A DNA stretch of 64,000 bases, from NCBI RefSeq assembly GCF_032191835.1, contig NC_083234.1, positions 57,474,001-57,538,000 on the forward strand, in the 5' to 3' direction. Both the position numbers and the translations under genes were made by a program. The DNA comes from Heteronotia binoei (lineage: Eukaryota). Below the pieces are notes generated by a model. It was not told where the DNA came from. It worked only from the letters and a program-made list of their open reading frames with translations, and ran no database searches. How positions within the stretch are numbered: position 1 is the stretch's first letter; each line of letters begins with the position of its first letter. This document shows positions 58,401-64,000 of this stretch, in pieces.

Positions 58401-61400
58401 TCTCCTCCCTCTTTCTGCGGAAGGACAGGGCACTCCACCCCCTTGTTCGTCAGCCCCCTCCCATAAATTTTGCATTGAATTTTATCCCCCCCCCCCTTAA
58501 GAAAGGAATTTTCTTGCCCTTTTCCGCCTCACCTCCGACGTCTTCAGTCTATTCCTCTTTCACCCCTCAATGTCATTTGGATTTGTGACACCCGCCCCCT
58601 CCTCCCCAATACATATTGTGCTTTGGTATATTTTTACAGAATAATTGTTTATTAGGCATTTGACCTTTCTCTCCGCACCTTTTTCTAAAGTTAGGTTATT
58701 CCACCTCCTTACAACATGATTTGTATTGACAGTTCACCCCCACCCCTTGCTCTGACAGTGTTTTTGCATGCTGCTAAGGTTTTTTCTCCCTTTCAGCCTA
58801 AAATCAGGCTATTTCACGTTCCCTTGGCAGATTTGGCTTTTTTCACACCTCCCTTCTATTTTTACTCGCATTTTGTTCTCTTTCTTATAAAAGAAGAGTT
58901 ATTCCTTTCCCCATCCCTCTGTCACCCGAAGGCCACAATAATTCCTTTGTTATTTATCTTTACCCTCCCCCTCCAATGTTTGCTTTGGCTTTCCTCCACT
59001 CAAAATGAAAGGGAGTTTCCCTTTAATTATATCACTATTCTTTTTTTTAGGTTTTGTGGGGTGAAGAGTAAAGGGATGTGCTAGGCTTGGAAGCCTTTCC
59101 CTTGTTTTGAAGAGGCTGATTTTCCACCATGTGTTATAATTTCTAATGTGAAAGGTGGCACTCAGGGATATAGTTTGGGAGGAAGATGGCTCTGGCTTAA
59201 AAGGAAATCTTGTGTAGCAGACTGGGGAAGACCATAGAGAGCCGCTGCCAATAATTTGGGCATGACAAGCCAGATTGCTGGCTCAGTATACAGCAGTGTT
59301 CTAAAATCGATAGGCATTAGGCTCAGCCCAGACAAAAGGAAGTACTTCTCACAGTGTGTAATTAATGTAAGGAATTCACTGCCACAGCATGTGGTCTTGG
59401 TTGCAGCTGCTGACTTAGATGGCTTTCAAAAGAAAAAAATTGAATATGTTCACAGAGGAGATAGCCCCGTTAAAGGCAATTAGCAAGGTTAGCCCAGTGG
59501 AACATCCATGTTTAGAGGCAGTATACATCTGAATACCAGGTGCTGTGAAGAAAAAAGAGGCAGAGCAGTTCTGATGCCTTCATGTCCTGCGGATTGAAAA
59601 TCTACTGGTAGCGTAGCTGGGCTCTCAATCTGATCCAGCAGGGCTTTTTATTTTCATCATAACCCTGGCTCAAAGCCATGCCCTTTGATGCCGTGAAGCC
59701 TTTTCACTCCCTCATTTGTAAGGAGGATGGCTACAGCAGTGCTTATATAGTGGTTTGGAGTACTCTGAGCTCTTCACATATTTTATGTTGTCCTGAAGAT
59801 AGATTGTATGTAAAGGGAGGATTTATATATTGCAGGGATTCCTAGTTTAGATGGGGTGGATTGATGGACATCTCTGTGTCCTTGGACATGTGTGGAATCC
59901 CTGTCACTTAGGGGCTTGCACACCCAGTATCGGGGGTGGAGGAGCACAGGTTCCTTCACGACCCTGTCCTACCAGTTTGCCGAGGAATGAACTGTGCATT
60001 GCAAAGACACCCCTTTGCCTCTGGAATTTAAACTGGCTGTAGGATCCCTGTGGATGATAAGCAGGCCAACTATTGTGAGTGATGGAGACTTTTTACTCTT
60101 GCTTCAAAGTGTAAGAAAACAAAAGTATAAGAGGACTATATTGGCTTCAGAGCTCCAGCTGCCTCTGATGACACTAGCTGTTTTAAAAATCAAATGTCTT
60201 CTTTCTGAATAATTTCTCAGTTCTATTTCTTGGCTGCACTAGTATGTGACAAAATGTTTGGAGGGTGACTTTAGGAAACCTCTTTTTCTTCTTTCTGTCT
60301 CTGATTTTGTATGTACATATGATTGAGGTGGTATACACTAATACTGTATGAGTGAAAGATTTCCCCCTGTCCCGCTACCTTCTTTAGGTAGAAATGTCAA
60401 GGATTGAACCTGGAACCTTCTGCATGAAAAGTAGGTGCCCTACCATGGTGCCATGGCTTCTGTTACTACTTTGGTGTACATAGCACTGCAAAAGTCTTCA
60501 GTTAAAAGAACTTTCACTGCTTACGGTCATGGAGTGCTGCTCCCAATCAGGGCCCCAATGGGCTAGATGAACCAGTGCTCTAACTTGGTATAAGGCAGCT
60601 TCTTAAGTTTAAATAGGGAGGCAAATACTGAAGGTCCCCAGCTCTATCCAGTAAAGGAGACAGGTTTTTTTGGTGTATTGCTTTGCCGACTTATGGCAAC
60701 CCTGTAGGGTTTTCAAGACAAGAGGTATTCAAGGTGATTTCCCATTGCTTGCCTCTGCAGAGCAACCCTGGGCTTCCTTGGTAGTCTCCAATCCAATTAC
60801 TGACTAAGACTGACCTTGCCTAGCTTCCAAGATTTGAAGAGATCAGGCTGGCCTGGGCTATCTAGGTCAGGGACAAGGAAATAGTAGGTGATGAAAAAGA
60901 CCAAATGCAATAGGAAACTGCTGCCAGTGACATTGTTCTGGGCTAACTGCATTCAGGATGGGCAGGAAAAACATGCTCCTTCCCCAAGGAGCTTATAAGC
61001 CCCAAGAAAGCCAGGTAAATTTTTGGGTTGGGAGGAACAACAATGAATATGGGCTGCAAATATGTAGGATTGGCTTCTGCCCAGATGTAGGGGGGTGGGG
61101 AAAGCTGGTTGCTATTCCTGAAGGTCACTTTGTACGTTACACAGAAGTGAACCAGGGATCACTGGGTATTTTGCCCTGAAGCTTGTTTTTAAAGTGGCAG
61201 GAACATGTGAAGAAAGACAGGGATGCTTTTGTGCTTATGCATAATACTTGTGTGAAACTGCTCTCAGTGAGGAAGGACATTATACAGTGCCTTTGCTGAA
61301 GGATTTTGAGTGACCATGTGGGACAGAGCTTTTTCTGTAGCTGTGCTTCAGTATGATATGCCTTCCGCTCCAGCTAACACCGAATGTGAGATGCTCAAAG

Positions 61401-64000
61401 CACCAATTAAAGATTTATTTATCCAGGCTTTTAAAAAAATTATTTTAGTGAGATTATACTAGCATTTTTAAATGGTTTACGTTTCTTAATTGTCTGTAAG
61501 CGGCTTTGAGCATCTTCAATAATGTGGTAGGATGTGGATAGAAATGAAGTAAAATGAATGAAGACTGAGAGGTTCCTGTGACTCTTGCATACAGAGTTTA
61601 GGCATAGCTTAGATAAGACCATTTACAGACTGTAACAGAGAGCGATAACACAATCTTCCTTGCCTTGCTCTGCAAACTCACCATCTATAGTGAGATAAAT
61701 ACTTCTGTTGGATGAAGTTCATGGAAGCTTGTGTGTAAAACGCCGTCAAGTCATTGCTGACTTATAGCAAAACATTCAATACTTTTTGTTTAATATATTT
61801 TCAAAACTAGGAATAGCTTTGGGGGCTAAACCCCAATTCATGTAGAGTTTTGTGAATATCTCCCTTATCCATGATGTCTCTTTCTCCAGATGCACTTTAA
61901 GCAGTTAAAATGAAATGAAAGATGTATTCGGGGTATGCAAGTGTTGTTAGAAGGCAGGGTGAGATCTTTGAGGGATCCTACAAGGGAATGTATGGGATAG
62001 CTGTAACTCCATCTAGGCAGTACTTAAAGCTTGTAGTTTAGGTCGGGCTCCTTCGTATTCCTCTCTTTTTTGTAAGGTAGTTATGTTACTTATGTTACCT
62101 TCTGCTATACCATCTGTCATCATAATAGGGGATATGCTCTCTTAGTTGAGAGAAAGAGCTGTCACACCATACAGAAGGAATTTATATGTACATGAGATTG
62201 GGTTTTGTGCTGCCTTCCTTCCAAGGAGCTCTGGCACTGCACATCTTCTCATCTCAGCTTTATCCTCATTCAACCCTGTGAGGTAGGTCAGGCTTCAAAA
62301 AAAGTGACTGGTCTGGGGTCGCCCACTGAGCTTCATGATTAGGTAGGGATTTCAACTGTGATCTTGCCACTCTGTAGTCTACTACTTTAACCACTGCTCT
62401 ACACTGGATTTCAAAGTGTGTTAATGCTAATGGTTAATGTGTTTTGGAACAGCAGCCATCTAGCAAAGTTACTGTCATCCACCCCCATGGGCAAATGAGT
62501 AATTCTGTTCACCTGAGATAAGATAAAACTGACTCCAAGTGAGCAAAGATTTACAGACATTGTGTATTTGTGTGTGGGGGGGGGGGGCTAAGTAAAATGA
62601 TCCTGGTCTGTGAAAACTTCCGCGTGTGGATATATTTTTCAAGGCTAGTTGATGATCGGAAGCATGCCTGTTGTGAAGCCATGCACTACATTTGTTCATT
62701 TGTAAACATGAACATATTTTTGGGACCCTTTCCTAGTACGTCCCTGGGAAGAGCACTGCAGTCAGGGAACAAGAACTTACTGGTGGTCCCTGGCCCAAGA
62801 GAGATCTGACTATCCTCAACAAGGTCCTGGTGGAATTCTCTGCCTGTGGGACCTGCTACCATTTTGCTCATAATATACTCGATTGCCAATTACACACAGA
62901 GTCTCGTAACAAACTTCTACCCTTATACTCTGTTCTATTTAGAAGCCAATATAGCACAGTTTGATATCTGCTCAATGATACGTTTACAGAAACTACTAAT
63001 ACGGTAGCTAAATTTTTAGCAGAAGCAGTTCTTAGATATAGGCTTTTTATATGAATTGTACTTTTTTGGATGAATTTTAATCACTGGAAGTGCATGTTGC
63101 AATGTATCTTTTAATACTGTTATGCCATTAAAGGTAATTTGATTTGATTTACTACCATTTTGTAGGGCATTTAAGGCAGTGATGTTCTACCTGACATTTG
63201 GTTGAGGACAGTGATGCAACAGTATACAGTCTGGCACTCTTCCTCTCCCTCACCACCTGAAAAACCCAGGGTGCTCATAAATTGTAACTTTTTTGCCAAC
63301 TTGTAAATAGGGACTTTTTCTTGGAATTGTGTTTTAATGTAAATTTTAGTGCAAATTATTTATTGTGTATACACGGCTGTAAACTGCCCAGAGGCCTACT
63401 CGCGGGGAAGGGCGATTAATAAATTTAATGAAATAAATAAATAAAACTCTCTGGTATGTGCCTCACCTTTCTTTGGCATTTATCGTGGCAGACTGGAGAG
63501 CCTTGCTTCACTGTGTGTCACCAAAACTTGGGAGAAAAATATGAAGGAAATCAGTTGGGAACTGCTCTGGTAACTGTGTGTTTTATTTGTTACGGTTTTC
63601 ATATCTCTTTCTCCTCCTTCCTGCTTAGAACTTGGAGCCGTGCACATGATGAACTTGTATGTGTCGCTGGGAGGAAATGAGGGTTGCATCCTTTGGAATG
63701 TTTCAGGAAGGAGTATTGAGAGGGCTGCATAGATATAATCCAGCTAAAGCACCTCTGAGTCCTGTTGATTGTTAAACAGAAAAGCCCTTAAAATCTACAT
63801 TTGAATTCAGCGTGGATTTAAAACATGCCTAACTCATGGGCACAATTCAGCTAGTCTTCACATCCTCTTCTAAAATAAGCTTTCTGCTTTCACTCTTAGT
63901 CTTGGGGAAATGTGCAGCATCCTCAACTTGTAATTGTTGAGCTAAAAAGGTGAAAGTATTTCATATTCCTGGGTACCAGCCTCTGGTTAATTTAAGACCT

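Overview
Vertebrate genomic DNA. The repeat content (Sauria SINE, 5S-derived SINE, CR1/L2 LINEs, hAT MITEs) points to a squamate, probably a gecko (inference). Gene order: ARPC5L-like exon 1 (-), PPP6C (-, 7 coding exons, 305 aa), RABEPK (+, 7 coding exons, 368 aa), HSPA5/BiP (-, 8 coding exons, 652 aa ending KDEL, plus a non-coding first exon), then a CpG-island first exon at ~58.1 kb that is probably GAPVD1 (synteny only). All exon boundaries were read by hand from splice sites and reading phase. There is no CRISPR array and no rRNA/tRNA gene. There is a 147-N assembly gap at 42987-43133. Most notable observations: (1) a Penelope-like element with two mirror-image minimal hammerhead ribozyme motifs, one fully intact, lying downstream of an AT-AC (U12) donor of ARPC5L, plus three decayed hammerhead-like motifs elsewhere; (2) ARPC5L directly behind PPP6C in the same orientation, unlike the human order; (3) two different hAT MITEs stacked in one triplicated 8-bp target site; (4) a ~117-bp inverted duplication between the divergent PPP6C and RABEPK promoters; (5) ERSE, miR-31 and ETS-CRE motifs. 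I found no convincing evidence of a wholly new gene system. Most short ORFs in the supplied track are spurious.
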